Source: Methanopyrus kandleri AV19
GTDB lineage: Archaea; JAADCQ01; Methanopyri; Methanopyrales; Methanopyraceae
Reading direction: 5' to 3'
Length of the DNA: 32,000 nt
Assembly (NCBI RefSeq): GCF_000007185.1
Contig: NC_003551.1
Coordinates: 720,001-752,000 of the forward strand
Below are positions 1 to 9,065 of this stretch, in pieces. The first letter of the stretch is position 1. Each line of letters opens with the position of its first letter. Both the position numbers and the translations under genes were made by a program. Below the pieces are notes generated by a model. That model had not been told where the DNA came from. It saw only the letters and a list, made by a program, of their open reading frames with translations, and made no database searches.

Positions 1-410
1 GGACTAAGGTGCCGTCGTACCTTCTAGCGTATTCGTCGTTAAGTACTGCGGCACGGGCGTGACCTATGTGGAGGGGACCCGAAGGGTTCGGTGCGAACCG
101 AAGGCGAACGTTCCCCGGTTCAGCTCCGGGAAGGGGTTTGAGCCCTTCTTTGTCCCGGGCTACGTCTTCGCGCGGTCCTCCGAGTTCTTCCAGCTCGCGT
201 CTGATTTCCTCTCCGGACATCTTGTTAACTTCGCGGACCACCTCTCTGACGGTCTTCAGGACTTCTTTCGCCCTAGGACGTAGCTCTTCGTGTTCCTTCA
301 TGATCTTCTTCATCACCGCGTTGGGATTCGCCCTCCCACCGTATCGGGCCGCGTTCTCCAGAGCGTACCTGCGGACGAGATCTCGAAGTTCCTTCTCCTC
401 CACGGTCCAT
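1..410 (-). CDS. gltX: Glutamyl-tRNA synthetase, archaeal type, N-terminal part (gene runs off the window's left edge)
   Basis: Reverse-strand translation from ATG at 410: [58 protein letters not shown]...[41 protein letters not shown]; [15 protein letters not shown] is the class I GluRS signature. The ORF is absent from the supplied track because it is open at the edge. Confidence 0.93.
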
Positions 411-617
411 TCTCCCCGAGATAATCAGTGAGGGGGTGTCCCCCGTCCTCCGGCCCCGGGATCATCGACAGGCGACGGCCTTCTCCCCCGGGGGACCCAG
501 ACGGGAGTCATCTTTTGCGAAGTCTGGCCCCGGACGCCGCCGACTCATTAGCCCCTTAATTACGTTCTCCCCGCTACGGAGAGGCGCAGTACCGGGCCCG
601 ACCCAGACCCGAAATTT

Positions 618-625
618 CTATATAG
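618..625 (+). promoter_or_regulatory. Putative archaeal TATA box for tRNA-Lys
   Basis: AAATTTCTATATAG centred about 31 nt upstream of the tRNA 5' end; AT-rich block in GC-rich context. Confidence 0.55.
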
Positions 626-652
626 ATCCTCGAGGGTAGTTCGGTTCGGGTC

Positions 653-730
653 GGGCCGGCAGCTCAGTCTGGCTAGAGCGCGGGACTTTTAATCCCGTGG
701 TCCCGGGTTCAAATCCCGGCCGGCCCACCA
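653..730 (+). tRNA. tRNA-Lys (anticodon TTT), 3' CCA encoded
   Basis: Acceptor GGGCCGG/CCGGCCC, D arm GCTCAGTCTGGCTAGAGC, anticodon arm CGGGA-CTTTTAA-TCCCG, T arm CCGGG-TTCAAAT-CCCGG, discriminator A then CCA. Confidence 0.97.
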
Positions 731-737
731 AAATGCT

Positions 738-825
738 CAATTGTTATGAAGATCATAACATTCGAACGGTTCGGGGTAAACCTTGTGTGGGTCGAGTTCA
801 ATCGTTACGATTTCCATAACAATTG
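738..825. repeat. Inverted-repeat cluster downstream of tRNA-Lys
   Basis: CAATTGTTATG (738-748) is the exact reverse complement of CATAACAATTG (815-825); GTTATG (743-748) also pairs with CATAAC (754-759); ATCGTTACGAT at 801-811. Confidence 0.6.
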
Positions 826-848
826 GGTTGGAGGAAGGAGTTGACACA

Positions 849-2627
849 TTACATCCGCTCCAGCGTCGGAATTCCGAGGAGATTCATCAGGTTCTCCGCC
901 ACGATCGTGAATGCCTCTACGAGCTTCAGTCGCGCCTCCCGTACTTCATCGTCCTCAACGTGCAGCACGGGAACCTCCTCGTAGAACGTGTGGAACGTCT
1001 TCGCCAGGTCGTACGCGTACTCGGCGAGGATGTCCGGGCGCCGCTTGCGCACGCACTGGGCTACGTGGCGTGGGAACTTCGACATCTTGAGGATCAACTC
1101 GAACGAGTGATCGTCGTTCAAGTATGCCGCATCGAAGCGGTTCACCTCCTCGTCTGCCTTCCGGAGGATCGACTTGGCCCTCGCGTAAGCGTACTGGATG
1201 AACGGTCCACCACGACGGAAGTCGAGGGCTTCGTCCCAGTCGAACTCTATCGGTTTGTTGGGACTCACTCTGGCGATAGCGAAGCGTACGGCCCCTATGG
1301 CGATCTCCTCCGCGATCTTCTCTCGCTCCTCGTCGCTCAGTTCCTCCGCTACGCCCGCTGCCTTCATCTTCTCGAGTGCGCGCTTCTTGGCTTCCTCCAG
1401 GAACTCGTCGAGCGTCACGTATCTACCCTTCCTAGTAGACATCGATCCTTCCGGCAGATGGATGAACTCGTAGAACACCACGTCGATACGGTCGGGGTTC
1501 TCCTCGAGCATGTCCAGTACGGCCCGTAGCTGTTCGACCGCTAACTTGTGATCCGCTCCTAGCACGTCTACCACGAACGTGGCTCGTCCGAGCTTCCAGA
1601 GGTGATAGGCGATGTCACGGGTGGTGTACAGCGTAGTGCCGTCGCTGCGCGTGAGTACGAGCTCCTTGTCGATTCCGTAGTCTTCCAGGTCGACTACCAC
1701 GGCTCCATCCTCGCGCTCCTCCGCGACTCCCATGTCCAGCAGCTTCTCCACGATCTCCAGTGCATCGCGCGCGAACTCGCTCTCGTACACGAATCGGTCA
1801 TGCGCCACCCGGAGGCGCTCCAGCGTTTGGATGTGCCCTCTCAGACACTCCTCCACTACGGTCTGGAACGCGTCGGCGATGCGCTCCGCTCGAGATTCTT
1901 CCTCCACTAGGTAACGTTCGTACGATCTCAGGAACCTCTCGACTACTTCCTCCAGCTCGGGATCTTCCTCGATCTCACGCGCGGCTTCAGTGTACAGCTT
2001 ACCGAAGAACTCGTCCGGTTTTTCGCCCTCGGGTACTTCGGGCCGCCCCTCCTTTATGTACTTCCACGCGAGCATCGCGATCTGCTTACCCATATCGTTC
2101 ACGTAATACTGCACTTCCACCCCGTAGTTCGTGAAGACCATGCACCTCGCGAGAATGTCCCCGATGACAGCGTTTCTACCGTGGCCGATGTGTAAAGGAC
2201 CGTTGGGGTTCGCGCTAGTGTGCTCCAAGATTACGGGGCGACCCATACCGAGGTCGAGCGAGCCGTACTCTTCGCCGTAGTAGAATATCGACCTGAGCGT
2301 CAGCGCCGCGTACTGGGACCTGTCGAGCTTCAAGTTGATGAAGCCCGGGCCTTCCACCCAAGCCTTTTCCACGAACACCACGTCGTCGAGGTCAGACTCC
2401 TCGACGATCGTTTCAGCCAGCTCTCTGGGGTTCTCGTCCAGCTCTTTAGCTAGGGAGAGTGCCACCGGCGTGGCCAGATCGGCACCTTCGACGGGTGGGT
2501 TCTCGTCGATAGGAACCTCTATCAGCTCGTCTACTTCGTACACGGACGAGATCGCGTCCCGGATCGATGTTCTTATGGTGCGAATCGTAACCGAAAACGG
2601 GTCGCGAGGTGTGGTTTCCTCGGCCAA
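849..2627 (-). CDS. argS: Arginyl-tRNA synthetase
   Basis: 592 aa; HTSANPNGPLHIGHGRNAVIGD signature, KADHKLAVEQL, MSTRKG motif and C-terminal DALR-type anticodon-binding region. Confidence 0.96.
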   Translation of the reverse strand: MAEETTPRDPFSVTIRTIRTSIRDAISSVYEVDELIEVPIDENPPVEGADLATPVALSLAKELDENPRELAETIVEESDLDDVVFVEKAWVEGPGFINLKLDRSQYAALTLRSIFYYGEEYGSLDLGMGRPVILEHTSANPNGPLHIGHGRNAVIGDILARCMVFTNYGVEVQYYVNDMGKQIAMLAWKYIKEGRPEVPEGEKPDEFFGKLYTEAAREIEEDPELEEVVERFLRSYERYLVEEESRAERIADAFQTVVEECLRGHIQTLERLRVAHDRFVYESEFARDALEIVEKLLDMGVAEEREDGAVVVDLEDYGIDKELVLTRSDGTTLYTTRDIAYHLWKLGRATFVVDVLGADHKLAVEQLRAVLDMLEENPDRIDVVFYEFIHLPEGSMSTRKGRYVTLDEFLEEAKKRALEKMKAAGVAEELSDEEREKIAEEIAIGAVRFAIARVSPNKPIEFDWDEALDFRRGGPFIQYAYARAKSILRKADEEVNRFDAAYLNDDHSFELILKMSKFPRHVAQCVRKRRPDILAEYAYDLAKTFHTFYEEVPVLHVEDDEVREARLKLVEAFTIVAENLMNLLGIPTLERM

Positions 2628-2642
2628 CGTGGGCGAACCCCT

Positions 2643-3881
2643 TCACTTGGGTCGGAACCTGAGCAGGGCTCCGAGTCCCCGAAACGCGTTATAAAACTGA
2701 GCGCCCTCTTCGGTCTCGGTTGAGATGATCTCGACGTTGGATCCCATCTGCTCGGCCAGTTCCACGTAGTAATCCACTATGTCTTTGATTTCTTCCACGT
2801 TGAGCTCTGCTTCCCCGCATTCCGGGCACTCTTCCACGTATTTCTTCGCCTCGTCTTTCTCCTTCACCGTAACGATGTTCTCGTACCCGCACTCCGGACA
2901 TCGTAGGATTACCTTGTATCCCTCGAGGTCCTCGGAAACTAGCAGTACCTCCACGGCACCCATCTTGAGGAGTTCGTCGACTTCCTCTCCATACGCCGCG
3001 AGTTCACCGTTCACGGCCTCCTCCATGAACTTTCGCACGAGGCGCTTCTCCCGGACTAGCTCGGCTTCCTTCAGCGCTTCTTCGGCTTTGTTCAGGGCCT
3101 CCCGGAGCCCGGACTCGTCCGTGTTGCCGACGTCCACCACGGTGAGTACCTTTTCCTTTAGATCCTTGGGGAGGTAGTCGCCGTCCAGGAACTCCTCCTT
3201 CGTGGGACCTGGACCTCCGACGATGATTCCCTTCAGATCCTTCACGTCTTCGAAAGCCTCGCGGGCGGCTTCTCCCACCTTCTGGTAAAACTCGTGGGCG
3301 GCGTGCTCGATCAACCGGTCGAACCTACGCTGAGATTGACCTCCGGCCTTATGCTTACCCGGCACGTCGGACGTCAGCCTCTTCACGGGTTCGATTCGCT
3401 TACCTTTCACGAGACCTATCGTGGCCTCCCGGCGGTCCATTACCAGGATTCCGTAGACGTCCTTCTCTTCGAGGTATTCCTTGAGGGGTTCTAGATAGAA
3501 TTTCGAATCACATCGGTAGATGAACCGGTCCACGGGCTCGGGCGGTTCGATCAGCTCCGCGACCATCTTCTCCTTGGTACCGTCCTGGACGGTGCCGACG
3601 AGAACTACGAGTCCGTTTTCCGGAGTCTCTCCGACCATTTTGAGACGCTGCATCACGACCTCGATAGCTGATTGGACGTTCTTCCGGGTGCGCTTACTCT
3701 TGATGTTGCTGGCTTGGGAGTACTCCTCCCGCATCTGAGCGATGACGTCGCTCAGACGATTCTCCGGCGGGATGTAAATCGTGATGAGCTCGGTGCCTTG
3801 TCCGCGCAGGTTTTCCAGTCTCTCTATCATCTTCCTGAACCTATATCTCTCGACCGTAGACGATTCGGCCATCGTGAACAC
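2643..3881 (-). CDS. prf1: Peptide chain release factor aRF1
   Basis: 412 aa; contains NIKS (EYSQASNIKSKRTR) and GGQ (GKHKAGGQSQRRFDR) motifs and CxxC Zn-ribbon-like pairs. Start may be the internal Met at residue 4. Confidence 0.96.
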   Translation of the reverse strand: MFTMAESSTVERYRFRKMIERLENLRGQGTELITIYIPPENRLSDVIAQMREEYSQASNIKSKRTRKNVQSAIEVVMQRLKMVGETPENGLVVLVGTVQDGTKEKMVAELIEPPEPVDRFIYRCDSKFYLEPLKEYLEEKDVYGILVMDRREATIGLVKGKRIEPVKRLTSDVPGKHKAGGQSQRRFDRLIEHAAHEFYQKVGEAAREAFEDVKDLKGIIVGGPGPTKEEFLDGDYLPKDLKEKVLTVVDVGNTDESGLREALNKAEEALKEAELVREKRLVRKFMEEAVNGELAAYGEEVDELLKMGAVEVLLVSEDLEGYKVILRCPECGYENIVTVKEKDEAKKYVEECPECGEAELNVEEIKDIVDYYVELAEQMGSNVEIISTETEEGAQFYNAFRGLGALLRFRPK

Positions 3882-3900
3882 CCCCTAGGGGTGAGACAGC

Positions 3901-4572
3901 ATGTATTCGGTCGTGGCACTGGGTGGCTCGGTCGTAAACGTGGATAAACCCGAACGCATCAAGGAAACCGCCGAAATCTTGCGAAATGGGCTCGATTCCG
4001 GGCTGAAGATATGCGTCGTCGTCGGTGGTGGGCCGACCGCCCGTCGGTACATAAACGTAGCGCGAAACCTCGGGACACCGGAAACTCTACTCGACGAGAT
4101 GGGTATCGCCGTTACCCGGCTGAACGCGATGCTTCTAGGGGCGGCGTTGGGTCTGCACGATCTGCACGTGCCTGAGACCCCAGTAGAAGCCGCGAGAATA
4201 GTCCGGCGGAACGGTGTGGCAGTCTGCGGTGGTACACATCCCGGCCACACAACCGACGCCGTAGCGGCCATGATCGCGGAACTGCTCGAGGGTCCACTCG
4301 TCATAGTTACCAATGTCGACGGGGTGTACGACAAGGACCCCAGTGAACCAGGCGCGCGCAAACTCCGGGAACTGAGGCCCGAAGAGCTGGAAGAACTGGC
4401 AGTCCGCGCTGAGCTTAAGGCGGGGGGAAGCTTCGTAGTGGACCCCCTCGCCGCCAAGATGATAAGCAGGGGTCAAATCGTCACGCACGTGGTTTCGTGG
4501 GAAGACTTCCGGTCCCGTGGGTTGGAAAACGTGGTTCGAGGCCGTCATAATGGGACGATAATCGAGGGGTGA
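3901..4572 (+). CDS. pyrH: Uridylate kinase, archaeal type
   Basis: 223 aa amino-acid-kinase fold: VVALGGSVVN, VVVGGGPTARRYI, IVTNVDGVYDKDP. Confidence 0.88.
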   Translation: MYSVVALGGSVVNVDKPERIKETAEILRNGLDSGLKICVVVGGGPTARRYINVARNLGTPETLLDEMGIAVTRLNAMLLGAALGLHDLHVPETPVEAARIVRRNGVAVCGGTHPGHTTDAVAAMIAELLEGPLVIVTNVDGVYDKDPSEPGARKLRELRPEELEELAVRAELKAGGSFVVDPLAAKMISRGQIVTHVVSWEDFRSRGLENVVRGRHNGTIIEG

Positions 4573-4578
4573 AAGGGT

Positions 4579-4770
4579 TTGACGGAGCGCGTACCTCCCC
4601 ACTCCCACTGTATCGTTTGTGGGGCCGCAATCCCGGAAGGGGAGCGATTTTGCAGCGAGAAGTGCCGGATGGAATACGAACGTAGGAGGAAGAAGGCGGC
4701 GACACTCCAGTGGATGCTGGCCGGAGCTCTCATAGCCCTAGGTGTGGTCCTGATGCTCCGGGGTGTATGA
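4579..4770 (+). CDS. Small zinc-ribbon plus single transmembrane helix protein (DUF2116-like)
   Basis: 63 aa: HCIVCGAAIPEGERFCSEKCRMEYERRRKK then WMLAGALIALGVVLMLRG. Confidence 0.75.
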   Translation: MTERVPPHSHCIVCGAAIPEGERFCSEKCRMEYERRRKKAATLQWMLAGALIALGVVLMLRGV

Positions 4771-5484
4771 GCGGAGTGAGGGCAATCCGGCTCCGCGAAC
4801 GCCGATCAACACGTCACCGGGTGTTGGGAGCTCGAGGACGGGACAGAACACATCGCTGCCACCCGCGATCGTCCCTTCGTACTCCACCCAAGTAAAGAAC
4901 GCGTATCCCGGCTCCGGAGTTTCGTACTCGAACTTTTTGGGGATGGGTTTGTCGGTCCGGATTACCTCAAGTGGTTCGATGTCTTCTGGGAGACCCGGCC
5001 GATATCTCGGCGTCCTAGGTGGTCGGCGGATAGGGTTGGCCCCAATCCGCACTTCCTGTGGCACGATCGTCGGTTCATACCTCTCGAGAACGGCGTTGAT
5101 GACGGGTACGAACTTCTCTTCTAGGAGTAGTGTGTCGATCATCTCACATGCTACCACATCGGCGTTCACATCCACATCCCGCGCGTCCCCTACTACTACC
5201 TCCCACTCCACGTCGTGCGGGACGTGTTTCCTGAGGTTCTTCTCGAGAAGTCGGGCTCGTTTGGGATTCTTTTCTACGGCGATCACGCGCTCGGCGCCGG
5301 CGTGGGCTGCAACCACCGATAAAGGTCCTGTGCCGGCTCCAAGGTCCGCGAAAGTGTCCTCTGCGACTTCCGCTACCATCGAGGTGAAGACGAAAACGCG
5401 CCTTACGTCACGGAGCAGGTCGAGCTGGTAGGAGTCTACCAACAGCTTGAACTCACCTACTGGAGTTCTTATGGTTTTAATCAT
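4738..5484 (-). CDS. SAM-dependent methyltransferase (PRMT/L11-methylase-like Rossmann fold)
   Basis: 248 aa; ADLGAGTGPLSVVAAHAGAERVIAVEKNPKRA (motif I). Confidence 0.75.
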   Translation of the reverse strand: MIKTIRTPVGEFKLLVDSYQLDLLRDVRRVFVFTSMVAEVAEDTFADLGAGTGPLSVVAAHAGAERVIAVEKNPKRARLLEKNLRKHVPHDVEWEVVVGDARDVDVNADVVACEMIDTLLLEEKFVPVINAVLERYEPTIVPQEVRIGANPIRRPPRTPRYRPGLPEDIEPLEVIRTDKPIPKKFEYETPEPGYAFFTWVEYEGTIAGGSDVFCPVLELPTPGDVLIGVRGAGLPSLRSYTPEHQDHT

Positions 5485-6020
5485 TCGTCACTCACCACAT
5501 CCTTAGCTTCTTCGGGTTTCTCTTCTTTCCCCTCTGATTCCCGCTCCTTGCGCGGTTTAAGCTTGATTACATAGTCTGCCGCATTTTGTAGTGCTGTACT
5601 AAATCCTGGATCTGCTCCTATTACAATGGTGACCTTACCCTGCTCCTTCGCCTTAGCTATAATTGGAAGAAAGTCAGTGTCACGCGTCATTAGTGCGATT
5701 GCGTCGACGTTATCACTGTAAATAAGTTCCATTGCCTCAACCGCTAAGTACACATCAACGTCTCCCGGAATCACTCTAGGAACAAAACCCTGATTGGCTA
5801 CAGCTTCAATAAGTTTGTCCGAAGCGTATTGGTTCAGGAACGCTAATCCTACTCTAATATTACCCAATTCTTCAACTAATTCTCTAACCTCCTTCAAACT
5901 GACATCGAACTCTTTACGGAGCATATTCGGTCCGTCAATCAACATTGCAATGTCAAGATTGCCCCGCTTAGCTTTTCTCTTGATTACACCACTCATATAA
6001 TCTTTGACCGTATCGAGCAA
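5481..6020 (-). CDS. NYN (LabA/DUF88-like) domain protein, putative RNase
   Basis: 179 aa: AMLIDGPNMLRKEFDVSLKEV...NVDAIALMTRDTDFLPIIAKAKEQGKVTIVIG, acidic NYN motifs. Confidence 0.8.
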   Translation of the reverse strand: MLDTVKDYMSGVIKRKAKRGNLDIAMLIDGPNMLRKEFDVSLKEVRELVEELGNIRVGLAFLNQYASDKLIEAVANQGFVPRVIPGDVDVYLAVEAMELIYSDNVDAIALMTRDTDFLPIIAKAKEQGKVTIVIGADPGFSTALQNAADYVIKLKPRKERESEGKEEKPEEAKDVVSDE

Positions 6021-6041
6021 CTCATCACCACCTCCAGTCGG

Positions 6042-6803
6042 TTAACGTGCTGGGCGCTCGGGTTCATAGACTCTCAACTTACACTCTCCACCGGGAGAGA
6101 AGTGGTAAGGGAACTCTTCCACGACGGCCGCGTCTACGACCCCCTGTCGCGTCAACACGGCTGTAAGGTGAGGGCACGACTGAGAGTAGAGCACTACAGG
6201 GCCCTTATGAGAAGCTAGGAACCTGCGCACCGAACCGTTGGATAGTACCATTCCCGTAGAGAGCAATACGGATTCACCGAACTTTATATTCCTCTCGACC
6301 CGGAGACGTGGATCCTCGTCTACGATCTGAAGGAGTATTCCGCGATCCCGTAGTTCTCGCGCTATGTGGGCGGAGTATCCCACCAGTATCACCTCATCGC
6401 CGAGCTTTTCGGCGGTGTCGGCGACGATCTTCGCTCGGAGGGTAACGGCTCTGCCGTAGTCCCTGGGCAAGCTGATCTCCTCCTCAGGCTCCACGTTCTC
6501 CGCGCTCGCCACCGCATCGAGGGCTGCGCTCCGGGCCTGAGGCTCCTGAAACCTGCGCCACACTTCCTTCAGCTTCAGTCCCAGTATCTCCCGGAGTCGG
6601 AGGCATTTCTCGGGGTGGAGTGACGCTCCTTCCAGCCCTCTTTCCGTTTTGATTAGCGTAACGATATCGTCGTGGACGCGGTCTCCGCCGGGTGGCCTCC
6701 TGTATCCCTCCAGGGCGAGTGCCGCCGCTACTCGGTCGTTCTTACCCTCCGCTATCAGCTCCCTTACTACCCTCGAATAGAGCTTCCAGCGCCTCTTCAT
6801 CGC
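6042..6803 (-). CDS. Conserved hypothetical protein (Rossmann-like; distant DUF364-like resemblance only)
   Basis: ORF 6042..6896; likely start MKRRWKLYSRVV at 6803. VILVGYSAHIARELRDRG...VLLSTGMVLSNGSVRRFL. Confidence 0.6.
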   Translation of the reverse strand, partial: AMKRRWKLYSRVVRELIAEGKNDRVAAALALEGYRRPPGGDRVHDDIVTLIKTERGLEGASLHPEKCLRLREILGLKLKEVWRRFQEPQARSAALDAVASAENVEPEEEISLPRDYGRAVTLRAKIVADTAEKLGDEVILVGYSAHIARELRDRGILLQIVDEDPRLRVERNIKFGESVLLSTGMVLSNGSVRRFLASHKGPVVLYSQSCPHLTAVLTRQGVVDAAVVEEFPYHFSPGGECKLRVYEPERPAR

Positions 6804-7074
6804 ACTCCCCCGATCCGGACCTGCTTCCGACCTGTACCTCGACGCGACCGTAGTCCCGGAGGGCTCTCTTGACTGGACCCTCCGGATCCCCTTCACCTCG
6901 GACGTCCACTAGGATCACGTACTCCACGGCGCGGAAGGCCCCGACGATGTCGGATCCTCGGGTTGCTCGCACCGACAACACGTCGAAGCCGGCGCGCCTC
7001 AGGGCTTCGGATACTTCTTTCTCGAGCCTCCGCTCAGGAACTGGTTTGTGGGAAAGGAGGTGCACGTCGACCAT
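6742..7074 (-). CDS. Hypothetical protein
   Basis: ORF 6742..7254; the N-terminal 60 aa is antisense-like and overlaps the next gene, so start MVDVHLLSHKPVPERRLEKEV at ATG 7074 is more plausible. Confidence 0.6.
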   Translation of the reverse strand: MVDVHLLSHKPVPERRLEKEVSEALRRAGFDVLSVRATRGSDIVGAFRAVEYVILVDVRGEGDPEGPVKRALRDYGRVEVQVGSRSGSGECDEEALEALFEGSKGADSGG

Positions 7075-7082
7075 CAGCTCGC

Positions 7083-8198
7083 TCAAGCCTGCTCGACCTC
7101 CAGTCCCATCCCCAGTAGCTCCTGTAGCACCTCCTCGACGTACCGCGCGTACCTGCCCCGCTGTCCCATGAACGGTCCGAAGTCCTTCTGGTCGATCCAT
7201 ACCTTCAGGTTCGGACCGGCTATGTCCACGTCCACGATACGTTCTCCTATCCACGGCACCGGGTGGATGTCCGCGATGAAGTCGACGAAGTCCAGTGTGA
7301 GGTGCGTCACGACGATCCTCATGTTCGTCTCCGCCTCTATCCTCTCGATACGCTCACCTCCCGTTCCTACGACGCGACCTACGTGGCCTTCCTTGGTAAC
7401 GATCACCGCCTGCGGAACGTTCTCGGTCTTGATCTCGAGGTCTTCCGCGATCGGCTCCACGTAGAGCACCGTGAGCACGTCGGCGTCCGGTGCCTCGACT
7501 TGGACCACGTCCATGATCTCCCGCTCCACGTCGTTCATCTCCCTGTTACGGACGCGGATTTCCAGCTGTAGGTGCACGCCCCGCTCAGCACCGGGGCGTA
7601 CGATGTCCCTCGTGCCCAGGTCCACGACTTCCGCCTTGGGTTCCTCTGCCAAGACCTCACGCATCACGGTGGCTCCGCACCGGTCGATGTCGACGTCCTT
7701 CTGAAGTACCGGGTCGCCGGTGATCAGCAGTCGGGAGTTGTGACCCATTCGCGCCAGCACCTCACCCGCGTTCTCGGGCAGCATGTTCTGGACTTCATCC
7801 AGCAGTATCACGGCGTCGTCGAACGTGCGTCCACGGACGAAGTGCGTATCCACGATCATGATCTTGCCCTCGTCCACTAACTGCTGGAGCTCGTCCCGCC
7901 CGGTGAACCGTGAGAGCACGTCCATGACCGGGGTAACCACCATCTCTTCGAACTTCTCGGGCAGGTCCGCGGAGCTCATCTCTTGCTTGGTGGCCACGTC
8001 GACGAGTGGACGGGTCACTATGAACCGGTCGTACTCACCTTCCATCACGGCCTGCACGCCGTACGCCGCACAGAACAGGGTCTTACCGGTGCCCGTGGGG
8101 CCGAACACGGCCACTATTTCATTCTCCTCGTTTAGCAGCGCTTCGACCAGTCGCTCCTGTCCTTCGGTCTGCGGCTCTACACCCATCAACTCCTTCAT
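7083..8198 (-). CDS. PhoH-family P-loop ATPase with C-terminal KH-type domain
   Basis: 371 aa; Walker A AVFGPTGTGKTLFCAAYG, Walker B VILLDEVQN, TGDPVLQKDVD; C-terminal QAVIVTKEGHVGRVVGTGGERIERIEAETNMRIVV with KH-like GxxG. Confidence 0.85.
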   Translation of the reverse strand: MKELMGVEPQTEGQERLVEALLNEENEIVAVFGPTGTGKTLFCAAYGVQAVMEGEYDRFIVTRPLVDVATKQEMSSADLPEKFEEMVVTPVMDVLSRFTGRDELQQLVDEGKIMIVDTHFVRGRTFDDAVILLDEVQNMLPENAGEVLARMGHNSRLLITGDPVLQKDVDIDRCGATVMREVLAEEPKAEVVDLGTRDIVRPGAERGVHLQLEIRVRNREMNDVEREIMDVVQVEAPDADVLTVLYVEPIAEDLEIKTENVPQAVIVTKEGHVGRVVGTGGERIERIEAETNMRIVVTHLTLDFVDFIADIHPVPWIGERIVDVDIAGPNLKVWIDQKDFGPFMGQRGRYARYVEEVLQELLGMGLEVEQA

Positions 8199-8210
8199 TC
8201 CTCTCCCCCC

Positions 8211-9026
8211 TTACCGCCCGAATCTTCTTTCACGCTTCTGGAATTCACGGATCGCGCGCAGCAAGTCAATCTTCCGAAACTCAGGCCAGTACACGTCCAC
8301 AAAGTACAGCTCGGAGTACGCGGAGTACCAGAGCAGGAAGTTGCTGAGTCTTTCCTCACCACTGGTTCTTATGATCAGCTCCGGATCCGGGAGATCTCCC
8401 ACGTATACGTACTTTCTGAACGTTCCTTCATCGATCTCATCGGGGTCGAGCCGGCCGACTTTCACGTCGTGCGCTATCTCGCGAACAGCGTCGATAATCT
8501 CCTGCCTCCCACCGTAGGCTACGGCGACGTTCAGGAACCTGTCCTTGTACTCCTTAGTGGCGCGTTCGGCCTTTTTGATAGCTCTGCGGACACGGGTCGG
8601 GAGCAGATGGAGCCTCCCGACGGCACGGACGGCGACCTTTCGTCGATGGATCCGCTCGCTCTCCGCGAGTGCCTTGAACCGCTCTTCCATGAGGTCGAAG
8701 AGCCGCTTGAGCTCCTCCTTCGGTCGGTTCAGGTTCTCGGTAGACAGCGCGTACACAGTAACAGCCTTAACACCTAAGTCGAGACACCACTCCAGCACGT
8801 CCTCGAGTTTGTCAGCTCCGTACCGATGACCTTCCCACGGTTCCAATCCCAGCTCTCGGGCGAACCTTCTGTTTCCGTCCATAATGATGCCTACATGCTC
8901 AGGGACTCTGCCTTCCTTCACCTTCTCCTCAAGTATCCTCTCGTACATCTTATATACCGGCTTAAGCGAGACGCGAACGGCCTGCCGCAGCACGCGGCGA
9001 GAGTTCACCCCGGTGACGCGTTTCAA
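8211..9026 (-). CDS. uppS: cis-prenyltransferase (tritrans,polycis-undecaprenyl-diphosphate synthase family)
   Basis: 271 aa; HVGIIMDGNRRFARELG, GHRYGADKLEDVLEWC, DPELIIRTSGEERLSNFLLWYSAYSELYFVDVYWPEF. Confidence 0.95.
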   Translation of the reverse strand: MKRVTGVNSRRVLRQAVRVSLKPVYKMYERILEEKVKEGRVPEHVGIIMDGNRRFARELGLEPWEGHRYGADKLEDVLEWCLDLGVKAVTVYALSTENLNRPKEELKRLFDLMEERFKALAESERIHRRKVAVRAVGRLHLLPTRVRRAIKKAERATKEYKDRFLNVAVAYGGRQEIIDAVREIAHDVKVGRLDPDEIDEGTFRKYVYVGDLPDPELIIRTSGEERLSNFLLWYSAYSELYFVDVYWPEFRKIDLLRAIREFQKRERRFGR

Positions 9027-9065
9027 AACTTCGGGTAACCTTCCTCACCCCCTCAAGGGGGATTC

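Noticed and set aside
432-444. GGGGGTGTCCCCC dyad (and CCCCCGGGGG at 485-494) between gltX and tRNA-Lys
   Set aside because: Short GC palindromes are expected in high-GC sequence; no U-tract or other evidence for a terminator or structured RNA.
783-1529. Long plus-strand ORF antisense to argS
   Set aside because: ArgS on the minus strand has unambiguous motifs; this frame has no recognisable domain.
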